NCBI RefSeq assembly: GCF_004010195.1
Contig: NC_057749.1
Coordinates: 7,089,416 to 7,153,415, forward strand
Reading direction: 5' to 3'
DNA length: 64,000 bases
DNA from: Chiloscyllium plagiosum
Lineage: Eukaryota
In this document: positions 24,811-37,344 of the stretch, one piece after another
How the letters are laid out: each line of letters opens with the position of its first letter
Position numbering within the stretch: position 1 is the stretch's first letter
Made by a program: the position numbers and the translations under genes
The notes under the pieces: generated by a model
Seen by the model: only the letters and a program-made list of their open reading frames with translations
The model's database searches: none
Told to the model about the DNA's origin: nothing

Positions 24811-24915
24811 TCTGAAGAAAGGCCAATGGACCTGAAACATTAACTCTGCTTTCTTTCCATGGATGCTGCCAGACCTGTTGAGTTTCTCCTGCCATTTCTG
24901 GTTTTTGTTCCAGAC
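24810..24915 (+). mobile_element. PLE family B fragment with hammerhead core
   Basis: ttCTGAAGAaaggccaatggacctGAAAcattaactc. Confidence 0.7.
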
Positions 24916-25407
24916 ATAAGCTCCTGGTCACGTTGGAAATCCTATTTGCCAAACCTGCAAACTCTAGCACAGAGAAGGGCAATTGCAGGACCATTGCAGT
25001 ACCACCACTTTCACGTTCCCCTCCGAGCCACTGACTTCAAATTATATAATAGCTCCTTCAGTGTTGCTGGAACAAAATCCCAGGACTCCCTCCCTCATGG
25101 CGTTGGTGGTCTACTCATACTACTGCAGTGGGTGAAGAAGGTAGCTCACCACCACCTTCTCAAGGGCAATTTGGGATGAGCAACAAATGCTGATGTAGCC
25201 AGCGAAGCCCATCTCCTGTGAAAGAATAATAAGACAAACAAACATCGACCTGAGTAGGCAGTCACCTGAAAGACTGTGCAACACCCCCCCTCCATGCTGC
25301 ACTATAATGCTAGCCTGATGTTGTTGCTGAGAACCTGGAGGAGCCATATTGCGTGACCATTAAGAGTCTCATCAATCAAACTGCACGGCTGCTTTTTTTT
25401 TTGCTGA

Positions 25408-26058
25408 TGTTACAGACTAAGCCAGTACACTCAAAACATTCTTAATCAGGCAGTCCAGACCATAACTTTGCAATTTGTTTCGGTAAGTGTACAGTGAAAA
25501 TTACCCGGAGTAATTTAGTTAGGTTGACTACTAGATTTTAAAACAGGCAAAATTTTATTCACAAAATTACACAATGAAACACAAAGAACAGACTAAAGAA
25601 CACCACAGAACTCAGTTTATCCAAACTAGACTCAATTATGTTGTTCCGAATATACACAACAGTCCTTCTAAGCAAATTCCCTTTAAAACCCAGTATAAAT
25701 GGAAACACATGCTTACAGGTTGAAGTTGAAGGGCAGAGAGAGAGTGAGAGAGAGAGAGACTTTCCACACAGTTCCCTGTTGACTCCTTACCAATTCAGAC
25801 TGAACTAAAACTGCTCAGCTCAGCTGACCACTCCCCTTTCATTGTACAGGTCACTTCTAAAACATGACCACTTTGGCCTGAAGTCTCATCTGTTTACATA
25901 TCAACAAAAGACCTCTCAAAATCTTTCTCATCTCTATACCAACTCAGATTGATCGAAGCCTGGCCTGGTTTATTATCCCTCTGAAAGAAAATCAAGGACA
26001 GAGTCTCCTTGAGCCAAGGAACAGCTTTTAGGAAAAGAAAGGGACTAACTTTGTGACA
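25408..26058 (-). mobile_element. Solo LTR (651 bp), probably Gypsy-type
   Basis: tgttaca...tgtgaca termini, 4-bp TSD ctga (25404-25407, 26059-26062), aataaa on minus strand. Confidence 0.8.
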
Positions 26059-26169
26059 CTGAAAAGAAATGCATCTCCAATCCTCTACTTGGACTGTGAG
26101 CACAATGGCAAAGAATCAGGCCATTGAAAGATCTGCAGCCCTATTCTCTGCCAAAGTACCTGGGGGGGT

Positions 26170-26507
26170 TCATAGAATCACAGAATAGAATCCCGACAGG
26201 GTGGAATCAGGCCCTTCAGCCCAAAATGTCCACACTGACCCTTCGAAGAGTATCCCACCCAGGCCTATTCCCCTACATTTACCCCTGACTAATGCACCTA
26301 ACCCACACATCCCCAAACACGATGGGCAATTTAGCATGGCCAATTCACCTAACCTGCACATCTTTGGATTGTGGGAGAAAGCCAGAGCAAACCCACACAG
26401 ACCCCAGGGAGAATGTGCGAACTCCGCACAGATAGTCGACTGAGGCTGTAATCTAACCCGGATCCCTGGTGCTATGAGGCAGCAGTGCTAACAACTGAGC
26501 CACCGTT
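26170..26507 (-). mobile_element. HE1 V-SINE
   Basis: RC of head (gcagcagtgctaacaactgagccaccg) and body. Confidence 0.9.
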
Positions 26508-27171
26508 GATCAGAGTTCATCCAAATAGCTGGAATGGGCAGGAAGAAAAGTGAAGAAAAATGGGCTGGGAGGAAAGGAATATGGTTGAAAAAAATTCTTG
26601 AATCCTGACAGAAATGTAACAAACTAGATTGACTCGAAAACTAAATTTCTTCAATTACACTTCTAATTGGCCTGAAGCAGAGCAGTAATCTATTCCAATC
26701 TATCTCTTCCCCATGGTTATATTTTTCGTGTGATTCCTACAATAAATTCTTATCATATCCCAGTGGCTGATACAGAGACAAGATAAATAGGCAGGGGGAT
26801 TTGTGTAAGACAGAGATTTTTTCTAATTCCAGTCCCGTGGCAGATATGGAAATGTAATATTCTGTCTCATACTTCACATTGGGGCTAGCTCCATGAATCC
26901 TGCATCTGTCGGTTGCCATCGTTTACTGTGTGTGTGGTAAACTTTTGTTTCAAGTTTGGGTTCTGATGTTCTTCAAAATAAATCACACTGAGAAACAAAA
27001 CAGAACCTCAAAGACCAGCATCAACAAAGCGTTCAGGACTGTACTGAATGATTGTTGCATGTCTTTGAGAATGTGGTTTGACTGCTTGCCTATCCGCAAG
27101 GGAATCATCCCAGAAGTCTGGCATTTCCCAAACTCTTCAGATGATGAATAATGGGGTCTTGAGCTTGCCCA

Positions 27172-27601
27172 AACAGGCTGAACAGGCTGGGGTTACTTTC
27201 GCTGGAGCGTCGGAGACTGAGGGGTGACCTTACAGACATTTATAAAATCATAAGGGACATGGATAGGATATATAGACAAAGCCTTTTTCCCTGGGGTGGG
27301 GGAGTCCAGAACGAGAGCGCATAGGTTTAGGGTGAGAGGAGAAAGATATAAAAGAGACCTAAGGGGCAATTTTTTCACACAGAGGGTGGTATGTCTATGG
27401 AATGAGCTGCCAGAGGAAGTGGTGGAGGCTGGTACAATTGCAGCATTTAAAAGGCATCTGGATGGGGACATGAATAGGAAGAGTTTAGAGGGATATGGGC
27501 CAAATGCTGCAAATGGGAATGGATGAATTTAGAATATCTGGTCGACGTGGATGAGTTGGGCTGAAGGGTCTGTTTCTGTGCTGTACTTCTCTATGATTCT
27601 A
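27172..27601 (+). mobile_element. HER1/CR1 3' fragment
   Basis: GESRTRAHRFRVRGERYKRDLRGNFFTQRVV. Confidence 0.9.
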
Positions 27602-28414
27602 TTCAGCCACATCATATTCTGCCATCACTATAACTCTGACTTGGTTGGGGAGGTGCGAGGTGTGGGGGGGGGGCGGGAGCGCGGAGTTAGCACATTCATT
27701 CTGGCTTTCACAAATAGGACTAAATAACAAAAGAACATGAGGAAGGATCATGGGCAAACTGTTATAGGGGTCTGACTGTAGTGGGCGATGGAGACAAATA
27801 TGGCCAAACTGCAAGGGACATCTGGACTGCATCAGGAACAACTCACTGCATCTTTGAACAAATTTTCGGGCATTAAGTTGGGATTCTCATTGGGCAGCAG
27901 CCAATTGCCTATTAAAGGGAACTGTCACTCATTGTTTAATGATCTTACTAGCTGCATATCTCAGCTCAATAATATGCAGCTTCCCATCCTTGAGATTCTT
28001 GATCAGTCGGGGAATCAAGTGTTGTCGGCTAAAGTCAGAAAGTGGGCTTTAGGAATGACAGGTCAGCCATGATCCTTTGGAATTGGGAAGCAGGCTTGAG
28101 GGGCTGAATGGCCTACACGTTTTCCTATTGCTTATGGTCTTATTTATCCTACCTTCCACCAGGAGCTCAAGGTTGGCAGCAGACCTCAGTCAAATCAGGG
28201 ACATGTTCTTCAGTCAGGGGATCCCAGCACAGTAAGTCAAGGGGAGCCTCGGATGCCAGTCCAAGGGTTTGGACGCAGTCAATCTGCTATACTGGGGACA
28301 GTCAGAGTCAGGATCCTCTCCTCAAAAGGGGTGAACAGCTAAATGAGAGGCGGCCAAACCTTCTGTAAGCTGTTTTCCTCATGGAATGAGATGGGCAGCG
28401 ATGAGGCAAGATAG

Positions 28415-29085
28415 AAATGTACATATGTGCATATATGTCCTGGCATGTATATGAGCATGACTGTATGTGTGTGTACTTGTATATATATGTGAGCATGCGA
28501 GTTTGTGTGTGTGAATGTATGTGTGTATGTGCGTACGTGTGTGTGAATGTGAGTGTATGTGTGTGCATTTATGCCAGTGTGCAAGTGAGTGAGTATGTCA
28601 GTGACTGAGTGTATGTGTGTCTGATATGTGTGTGTATGGGTGAATTAATGTGTTTGAGTGAGTTAGTGTGTGTATTTGCATGTATGTCAGTGTGTGTGTG
28701 TATATGTGTGAGTGAGTGCGTGAGTCAGTGAGTGAATGTGTGAGTGTGAGTGTGTACATGTGTATATGAGTGAATATGCGTGTGCATGTCAGCGTGCATG
28801 TATTTGTGTGAGGTAGTGGGTGTCAGTGAGTGAATGAGTGAGTGTATGTGTCAGTGTGTGAGTGAGTAAGCATGTGTGTGTTTGTGTTTGTGTGTATGTA
28901 TATGTGTGTGAGTCAGTGAGTGAATGAGCGAGTGTGATTATGTATGTGTGAGTGTGTGTGCGTGTATGTGTGTGCACGCGCGTCTGTATGAGTGAGTCTG
29001 TGTGTTTGTGTGTGTGAGAGTCAGTGAATGAATGAATGAGTGAGTGTGTGTGTATGTGTATGTGCAAGTGTACAGATGTGTTTAT
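28415..29085 (+). repeat. Degenerate (TG)/(TGAG) microsatellite blocks
   Basis: Direct inspection. Confidence 0.95.
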
Positions 29086-29367
29086 AAGACATGAAGCAGC
29101 ACAGCTGTTAGAGCTGTTGCTGGTGGTGAAATATTCCAAGGAAGTAAGCAGTTGGGCAACTTCGGACCAGATTAACATGGTATCATGGCCCCTCTGCTGG
29201 TCCTGTGGCATGGGTGGGGGAGATGTGTTCCATGTTGACCCCAATCCCCATCCAACAGGACCTCCACCTCCCATGCTGTCAGGTGGGACACCAATTTTTC
29301 TCTCTCTGCCATCTCTAGGAGGAATGTCAGGTACCATGCAGGGCAGCTCCACACTGTCAGTGCTTAC

Positions 29368-29444
29368 CCGGGGGCACCACAGGCTTTTAAAGATGGCGTG
29401 GTCATCAGGGTTGCCAGTCAGTATCCTGGCAATGGCAAGTTGGC
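29368..29444 (-). other. Candidate 77-nt exon (xQLAIARILTGNPDDHAIFKSLWCPR)
   Basis: ccactcaccattctcag| acceptor, CGG|gtaagc donor, one open frame. Confidence 0.35.
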
Positions 29445-29824
29445 CTGAGAATGGTGAGTGGTAGGATGTGGCTAGAATTGGCAGACAGAAACAGCGGAGA
29501 GACGGGATCGGTAGTTGATGCGGCGAGCTGGTAAAACACAGCGTTAAAACATGATCAGTCTCACGGTGAGAAACTATCCAAAACACAACTGATGCAACTG
29601 ATACTGAAGAAAAAATGTAAGATTTCACTCCAAGTATCCAGTCTCTCATTCATATAAACATTCATGGAATTAGACAAACACACTAACAAATACTCTTTGT
29701 TACACACTCAGAGTCATTCTCTTTTACACACACCCACTGAATTATTCTCCAACACACACATTTTCAGAAACACTTACTCATGTCCTCATGCATTCAAAGT
29801 TATGCACATGCTCCAAAGCATTCA

Positions 29825-30063
29825 CACACAGAATTACTCAAATCACATAAACACAGAACTACACACAGACAATTACTCTCAGATACAGAATTACTCTCGC
29901 ACACAGAATTACTCAAATCACATAAACACAGAACTACACACAGACAATTACTCTGACATACAGAATTACTCTCACACACAGAATTACTCAAATCACATAA
30001 ACACAGAAGTACACACAGACAATTACTCTCACATACAGAATTACTCTTACACACAGAATTACT
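29825..30063 (+). repeat. 75-bp tandem repeat, ~3.2 copies
   Basis: Units start 29825, 29900 and 29975; built from acagaattactc subunits. Confidence 0.9.
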
Positions 30064-30521
30064 TGTTGGGAGTACAACTAGCGAACACTGGCAGATTTGC
30101 TTGCAGGCTGGGCTGGGAAGTGGGGCTCACTCACTCGAAGGTACTGACTGGTAGGGGAGAGATACTGCTGAGAACCAACTCTACCCTTGCTGCTCAGCCT
30201 GTACTCTCCCTTTCTTAACTTGCAACTTGCCAGCCCTCAACAATCTTTGGCTGGAGGTGGCTGGGAGGGTAGGGGGTTTGTCGCAGCAGCAGCAGGTACG
30301 GACTCCTCATTGGTGCTGCCATTCAATTGAGCTGCTGGCCTCAAATCAGCTGGCAGCTCTCAGCATATGGGACTCTCCCCACCTCATCCCACTGTGGGTC
30401 TGTGAAAATTGGCACACGCTGGGGCAGACCATCTTGAGAAGGGAAAAGGTAAAGCTCCTGCCAGCTCTCCCAGGCAGCGGTCACAACTCTGGCCGCCTTG
30501 ACAAGATTCAACCAGAAGTTG

Positions 30522-31258
30522 CACACACACACAGACACACACACACAGGCACAGACACACACACACACACACACACACAGGCACAGGCGCACACAGACAC
30601 ACACAGNNNNNNNNNNNNNNNNNNNNNNNNNNNNNNNNNNNNNNNNNNNNNNNNNNNNNNNNNNNNNNNNNNNNNNNNNNNNNNNNNNNNNNNNNNNNNN
30701 NNNNNNNNNNNNNNNNNNNNNNNNNNNNNNNNNNNNNNNNNNNNNNNNNNNNNNNNNNNNNNNNNNNNNNNNNNNNNNNNNNNNNNNNNNNNNNNNNNNN
30801 NNNNNNNNNNNNNNNNNNNNNNNNNNNNNNNNNNNNNNNNNNNNNNNNNNNNNNNNNNNNNNNNNNNNNNNNNNNNNNNNNNNNNNNNNNNNNNNNNNNN
30901 NNNNNNNNNNNNNNNNNNNNNNNNNNNNNNNNNNNNNNNNNNNNNNNNNNNNNNNNNACAGACCCACACGGACACACACACAGACACACATACACGCTCA
31001 CACACACACACTCACACACACATAGACACACTCACACACACATAGACACACTCACACACACATGCACACACACACGCACGCACACACAGACAGACACAGA
31101 CACACACACACACATGCACACACAGTCACAAACACACAGATGCACACACAAATGCACAGAAACTCACACGTGCACACAGACACACACGCACACGCACACA
31201 CACAGACACAAACACACACGTGCACACACAAACACACACAGACACACAGACAAACACC
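30522..31258 (+). repeat. (CA)-rich microsatellite spanning an assembly gap (N 30607-30957)
   Basis: Direct inspection. Confidence 0.95.
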
Positions 31259-31354
31259 TAATCATTAACTAACACATCCAAGGAGGTTAGATATTTCCCA
31301 ACCAATTTGTTCAGCGATGTTATTACACAGCTCTGGAGCAGGTGGGACTTGAAC

Positions 31355-31479
31355 TTTTATCTCTCCACTCTGGAGGCTCCCTGCCTTCAGTCCTGATGAA
31401 GGGCTTTTGCCTGAAAAGTCGATTTTCCTGCTCCTCGGATGCTGCCTGACCTGCTGTGCTTTTCCATCACCACTCTAAT
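31355..31479 (+). mobile_element. PLE family A fragment with hammerhead core
   Basis: agtcCTGATGAagggcttttgcctGAAAagtcgatt; cttgaac at both flanks; nested in SINE family 3. Confidence 0.8.
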
Positions 31480-31964
31480 CTTGAACCGAGGTACGTAAGG
31501 ACATGACCACTGCCCAACTCATGAGTGTAGGTCATCATCCTTACACAGCCCAGCTTTAAGGATCTTGAGGACCAATGATCAGAATGGACAGGATTACACA
31601 CTGGAATTCTCAGTCCGCTAAGTTGCACTTTTTTCAGTCAAGACATTTTTAGGCCACAGTATTGACTGCCACAAGCTCACTACATCTTTGAAAATCGATT
31701 AATTAATAATGTGATTGATGGGGAGCATAGAATTAATTAATTGAGTGAATGGTCTTCAGAAGTAGTTGAAATAATGCCCTTGTTTCTCTGAGATTTGAGT
31801 TTGAATTCATGTATATCAATGAGCTGCAAATAGTTTTGCTTTGCTCATCACCTTACATTATGGTTTCTGGTTAACAATTTCTTGCTACTGTTCACAACCA
31901 CCCCATGTCGAACATCCTCTCAATTTCAACTATCTATGTTGGATCTTCCCCCAACCTTCCCTGT

Positions 31965-33200
31965 GAGAAAGACTAGTTTTCCATCAGCAATGGACATTTT
32001 GTGAAATGCAGTCACAGTTTAATGTAGGAAAACCAGCAGCTGATTTGAATATAGCAGGCGCCCACAAAATAGTCATGTTGTTTGCGTGTTTTCTGTAAAG
32101 TTGGTCGAGGGATAAACATTGGCCAAGCCGTCTGGGAGAACACGCTGTTAAAAAGCAAATTATTTCAGATGCTGGAAGTCTGAAACAAACACAGAGAGTG
32201 GTGGAGAAACTCAGCGGGAAAACTCATCTGTGCGGAGAGATAAACAGAGCAGACATTTCAAGTTTGACATGGTCTTCTCCAGAACTGAGTTCTCCAGCAT
32301 TTTCTCTGCATTTATTTCAGAACACATTCCTCTTCAAAACAATTCCAGGCAGCTGGAGTGTTGGTTTAAAATCTCAACTGGAAGGTGATTCCTCTGACAG
32401 TGCGGCACTCTCTCAGTATCTCAGACAGTGCAGCAATCCCTCAGTATCTCTGACAGTGCAGCACCCCCTCAGCATCTCTGATAGTGCAGCATGCACACAG
32501 CATTTCAGACAGTGCAGCACTCCCTCAGCATCTCTGATAGTGCAGCACTCTCTCAATACAGTGCAGCAATCCCTCAGTATCTCTGACAGTGCAGCACTCC
32601 CTCAGTCTCTCTAACATTACAGTACTCTCTCAATACAGTGTTGCACTGTCTCAGTATCTCAGACAGTGCAGCACTCCCTCAGTATCTCTGACAGTGCAGC
32701 ACTCCCTCAGTCTCTCTAACAGTACAGCACTCTCTCAATACAGTGTTGCACTGTCTCAGTATCTCAGACAGTGCAGCACTCCCTCAGTCTCTCTGACAGT
32801 GCAGCTCTCTCAATACAGTGTTGCACTCTCTCAGTATCTCAGACGGTGCAGCAATCCCTCAGTATTCAGATAGTGCAGCAGTCACTCAGCATCTCTGACA
32901 ATACACCACTCCCTCAGCACCTCTGACAATGCAGCACTCCCTCAGTATCTCAGACAGTGCAGTACTCTCTCAAGACGGTGCAGCACTCCCTCAGTACCTC
33001 AGACAGTGCAGCACTCCCTCAGTATTTCCATCAATGCAGCACTCTTTCAGCATCTTCAGTGGTGTAGCACTCCCCCAATACCTTGACAGTGCAGCATCCT
33101 AGAGCACTGTACCTCAGACAGTTCAGCCCTCCCTTAGCGCAGGAGTGCACTGGAGTATTGGTCATGATCTTTGTACTTGAGCCGTGGAGTGACATACTTA
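31965..33200 (-). mobile_element. Deu-domain SINE hosting a PLE insert (32150-32320) and an internal minisatellite
   Basis: aatgtaggaaa..gagggataaacattggcca before, gtgcactggagt after. Confidence 0.65.
32391..33140 (+). repeat. 28-bp minisatellite tctctgacagtgcagcactccctcagta
   Basis: Roughly 27 units, with 21-bp variants and a 105-bp higher-order period (ctaac at 32611 and 32716). Confidence 0.95.
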
Positions 33201-34704
33201 TACTTCAATGACCTCCAAATAATTAAAGCCAGACAAAATTTTGATTTTCGGATATATACACTCTCAACAAATGAGAGGTTTATTCTTCAAAGCAAGTGTA
33301 AGTTCTCTACTGGCTAGTGCATGACCCAGAGTGGTTTGATCAGCAGCAGACAAATGAGGAACGCGCTGGGAATAGTTAAAAAATCTGACTCCTATCATAG
33401 CGTACTTTTATCAGATTTACATAGAGGTTATTCTGTTGTACTGCATTATCACACAACACAGTTCTGTTTGAGCAGTTTCAAGGCCTCAGGCTTGCCTTTC
33501 CAATGCAGTTGAAACAGATGACCTTTGCACCCAAACCATCTCATGTTATATTCTCCGTCGCTGACAAAATTTGTTACTGTTGGCTTTTCCAATTGTGTCC
33601 TGGATCACTATGTACAACAGACTTCAGTTTGGGAGGGGAGGACTGCGGGGGTGGTGGGGGGAGAAAAGGGAGCATTTTGAAGCATTTCACTTCAAATCAG
33701 GCAGCTAATACTGGACCTCATCTTCATCGCATTCCTCAGCTTTATCTGATTTGTCTATTTTCATCTGCGTCCTTGTTGCTCAAGGCATCTTCACCTCGGC
33801 ATAAACAATGATTAAATTTGCACACATAAGACCTGCCTGCTCCAGTAATATATAGAGGCATCAAATCACAATCTGCAGGAGGTTCAAAGCAATATTAGAC
33901 TGTGGGAAATTGTACTGAAGGAGCTGCTGCTCTGAGTCTGATCAGTGACCCGATACTGAGGCCCAGCAGAATGACAATCTTATTATTATTTACAACCGGC
34001 CGGAGATATTCAGACAGAAAGCTTTTCAATTACCAACATGCAAAGCCCACTTAATAATAAACACTCACAGCTCTTCATTTTATGCTTTCTTTCCTCTCCA
34101 TCTCTCCCAAAGGCACTCAGTAATTCCACCGGGAAGTCTGGGCCGCACGGTCCATCTTCACACTGTGTGGATCCCGGGCCGATACCCCGATGGATGATGG
34201 TTGCAACTGCTTTTGAAAGGGATCACTGTCATGATCAAACACATTGGCCATATTTCGGTCTCCCTCGTCCAGGACCATTGATGTGGACTATAGCACATGT
34301 GCCAAATGTGTAACAGGGGTGACACACATTGGGTGAAATGATTGCTGAGGGATGACTGAGTGCATTGACTCTCTGATGCCCTGCATCAAGGAGCAACCTA
34401 TGCCAATCTTGACAACCCACTCACCGAGTCCTCGGTATTGGCTAAACCTTGCGGTGGGACAGGAAACCCATATAATCGCAAGGGAGCAGGTAAGTTACCA
34501 TCTGCTACAAGCTCCAAACTGACTAGGACCATCAGAGATTGGTGTGTGTTATAGGACAATTAAGCAGTGTCCTCCAAGCACGGCATGGCAGCCTGCCAGC
34601 CCAGCGTGTGCGTCTTCTGGTGGTACGTGGTGGTCTCTCGGTCAGGCATGGTCTCAGCATGGTCTCCTGATCTCAAAGTGATTCTAGAGCCATCTCATAG
34701 CCTA

Positions 34705-35826
34705 GACCCGGTGCAGACTGGAGCCACGGCCCAGTGGGGTCTGGAGCCAAGACGCAGTGCGGTCTGGAGCCACGGCCCAGTGTGGTCTAGAGCCAAGACC
34801 CAGTGCAGTCTGGAGCCACAGCCCCAGTGCGGTCTGGAGCCAAGACCCAGTGTGGCTGGAGCCATGGCCCAGTGCGGTCTAGAGCCAAGACCCAGTGCAG
34901 TCTGCAGCCATGACCCAGTGTGTCTGAAGCCAAGACCCAGTGCGGTCTGGAGCCACAGCCCAGTGCGGTGTAGAGCCAAGACCCAGTGCGGTCTGGAGCC
35001 ACAGCCCAGTGCAGTCTGGAGCCAAGACCCAGTGCGGTCTGGAGTCATGGCCCAGTGTGGTCTGGAGCCACGACCCAGTGCGGTCTAGAGCCAAGACCCA
35101 GTGCAGTCTGCAGCCATGGCCCAGTGTGGTCTGGAGCCAAGACCCAGTGTGGTCTGGAGCCAAGACCCAGTGTGGTCTGGAGCCAAGACCCAGTGCAGTC
35201 TGCAGCCACGGCCCAGTGCGGTCTGGAGCCAAGACCCAGCGCGGTCTGGAGCCAAGACCCAGCGCGGTCTGGAGCCAAGACCCAGTGCGGTCTGGAGCCA
35301 AGACCCAGTGTGGTCTGGAGCCAAGACCCAGTGCGATCTAGAGCCAAGACCCAGTGTGGTCTGGAGCCAAGACCCAGTGCGATCTAGAGCCAAGACCCAG
35401 TGCAGTCTGGAGCCAAGACCCAGTGCGGTCTGGAGCCACGACCCAGTGCGGTCTGGAGCCAAGACCCAGTGCGGTCTGCAGCCACGGCCCAGTGTGGTCT
35501 GGAGCCAAGACTCAGTGCGGTCTGGAGCCACAGCCCAGTGCGATCTAGAGCCAAGACCCAGTGTGGTCTGGAACCACAACCCAGTGCGATCTGGAGCCAA
35601 GACCCAGTGCAGTCTGGAGCCAAGACTCAGTGCGGTCTGGAGCCACAGCCCAATGCGGTCTGGAGCCACGGCCGTGTGTGGTCTAGAGCCAAGACCCAGT
35701 GCGGTCTGGAGCCACAGCCCAGTCCGGTCTGGAGCCACAGCCCAGTGCGGTCTAGAGCCACAGCCCAGTGCGGTCTAGAGCCAAGACCCAGTGCGGTCTG
35801 GAGCCACGGCTCAGTGTGGTCTAGAG
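34705..35826 (+). repeat. 23-bp minisatellite cccagtgcggtctggagccaaga
   Basis: About 48 units; source of all the repetitive ORFs at 34.5-35.9 kb. Confidence 0.97.
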
Positions 35827-35829
35827 GCC

Positions 35830-36040
35830 AGGTGCCAATGTGGACTTGGTTGGAAGACAATGGTTCAAACTATTTTGTTTCTGCAACAGTGGACTTTTCA
35901 TTTATCTATTTTCTAAGATCTTGTAACTGAAGAAGCTGAACCTTGGTATTTTTGTACCTAAGAATGATGCTATAAGTGGTGATGTGTAAACTTTTCACTG
36001 TAGTCATTTGAGTATATGTGACAATAACGCTAATTCTAAT
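35830..36040 (+). mobile_element. Rex/Babar-like 3' tail
   Basis: cttttcactgta...tgtgacaataa end resembles tails at ~46700 and ~60770. Confidence 0.5.
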
Positions 36041-36136
36041 TGGGCTGTGGCTCCAGACGGCATGGGGTCTTGGCTCCGGACTGCACTGGTCCATTGCTCC
36101 AGACCACACTGGGCCATGACTCCAGACCGCACTGGG
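36041..36136 (-). repeat. Inverted ~4-unit copy of the 23-bp minisatellite
   Basis: RC cccagtgcggtctggagtcatggcccagtgtggtctggagc... Confidence 0.9.
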
Positions 36137-36144
36137 AGTAGCTT

Positions 36145-36895
36145 GGAGTGAAACTGTCCAGATTTTCAGTCTGTTGTTCCATGGATGACCTCCTGTCCAA
36201 TGTAAGCTCAGAAGTGGGTATGTTCACTGACGACTGCACAATGTTCAGTATCATTTGCAACACCTTAGATACAGAAGCAGTCTGTGATTAAATGAAGCAA
36301 GACCTGGATAAGGTCCAGGCTTTTAAAAACAATGTTATTCAGGACATGGACTTTGTAGGCTGGGCTGGCATTTAATGCCCATCCCTAGTTGCCCTTGACA
36401 CGGTGGGGGTGAGCTGCCATCTTGAACCACCGCAGTCCATGTAGTGTCATTGTACCCTTTTTGCTGTTCGGGAGAGTGTTTCATGACTTTGACCCAGCGA
36501 TGGTGAAGGAACAGTGCTATATTTCCAAGTCAGGATGAAGTGTAGCTTGGAGGGGAACTTGCAGGTCATTGTGTTCCCATGTCCATGCTGCCTTTGAATT
36601 TCTAGATTAAAGTGCCAGTGGGTTTGGAAAGTATTGTCAAGGGTAGCTCAGTGAGCTACTGGGGTGCATTTGTAGATGGTACTGAGTGTCAGTAGTTGAG
36701 GGAGTGAATATTTGTAGAAGTGATGCCAATCAGGTGGGGGGGCTAGGTCCTGGATGGTGAAAAGCTTCCTGAGTGTTGTTGGAGCTGCATCGATCCAGAC
36801 AGGTGGGGAGTATTCCCTCACACTCCCGACTTGTGCCTCATAGATAGCGGACAGCCTTTGGCCAGTTACTCACCGCAGTATGCCCAGTCTCTGGG
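36145..36895. mobile_element. CR1 family 2: plus-strand RT piece (to ~36320) abutting minus-strand 3' end
   Basis: DDLLSNVSSEVGMFTDDCTMF (decayed FADD motif); tail gcccatccctagttgcccttga. Confidence 0.75.
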
Positions 36896-37344
36896 ATAAG
36901 CTGCAGACTGAAAGGTGATGTCGCCAGTTATTAGAATTCACTTCCACATTATTTGCAGATCTGGCTTCGGGTACAATGGTCCTGTCAATTCAAACTGGAT
37001 CGCCAAATTAAATTTCATCTGTCCAAGGTATCCGTGACAATAATGCAAACTAGTTATCCAGATAACCATGTGCAGCTGAATGAAAGTTCAATTTCTGCAC
37101 CCAAAGCATTTATTTGTCTACTTCTTGCTTAAGTGCTAAGGGAACGAGTTAAGTTCTTTTGCAGTTTTAATTAATAGGATTTCCCTATCTGAGTCCCAAT
37201 GTTTCACCATAATTAAATTTATATTTCATGGTTGCAGTTAAGATAGGACAAATAATACAACTAGAGAGCAGCAGAAAGGAATGGTCCTCATAATCTCCCA
37301 TTGGCTCTCTCTCGCTGCTTCCCTGTAGCCCCTTCATTATTTTG

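Noticed and set aside
28789..29649. 286-aa ORF as a gene
   Set aside because: The C-terminal third is microsatellite (HTHT); the rest has no recognisable domain
30227..31268. Long ORFs around 30-31 kb
   Set aside because: They run through the N gap and the CA repeat
34705..35826. CRISPR-like array, or repetitive protein ORFs on both strands
   Set aside because: Contiguous 23-bp units with no unique spacers, no cas genes, eukaryotic context; the ORFs are by-products of a stop-poor repeat
36145..36895. Twin-primed LINE inversion
   Set aside because: The inverted piece lies beyond the 3' tail, the wrong geometry for twin priming; more likely separate events
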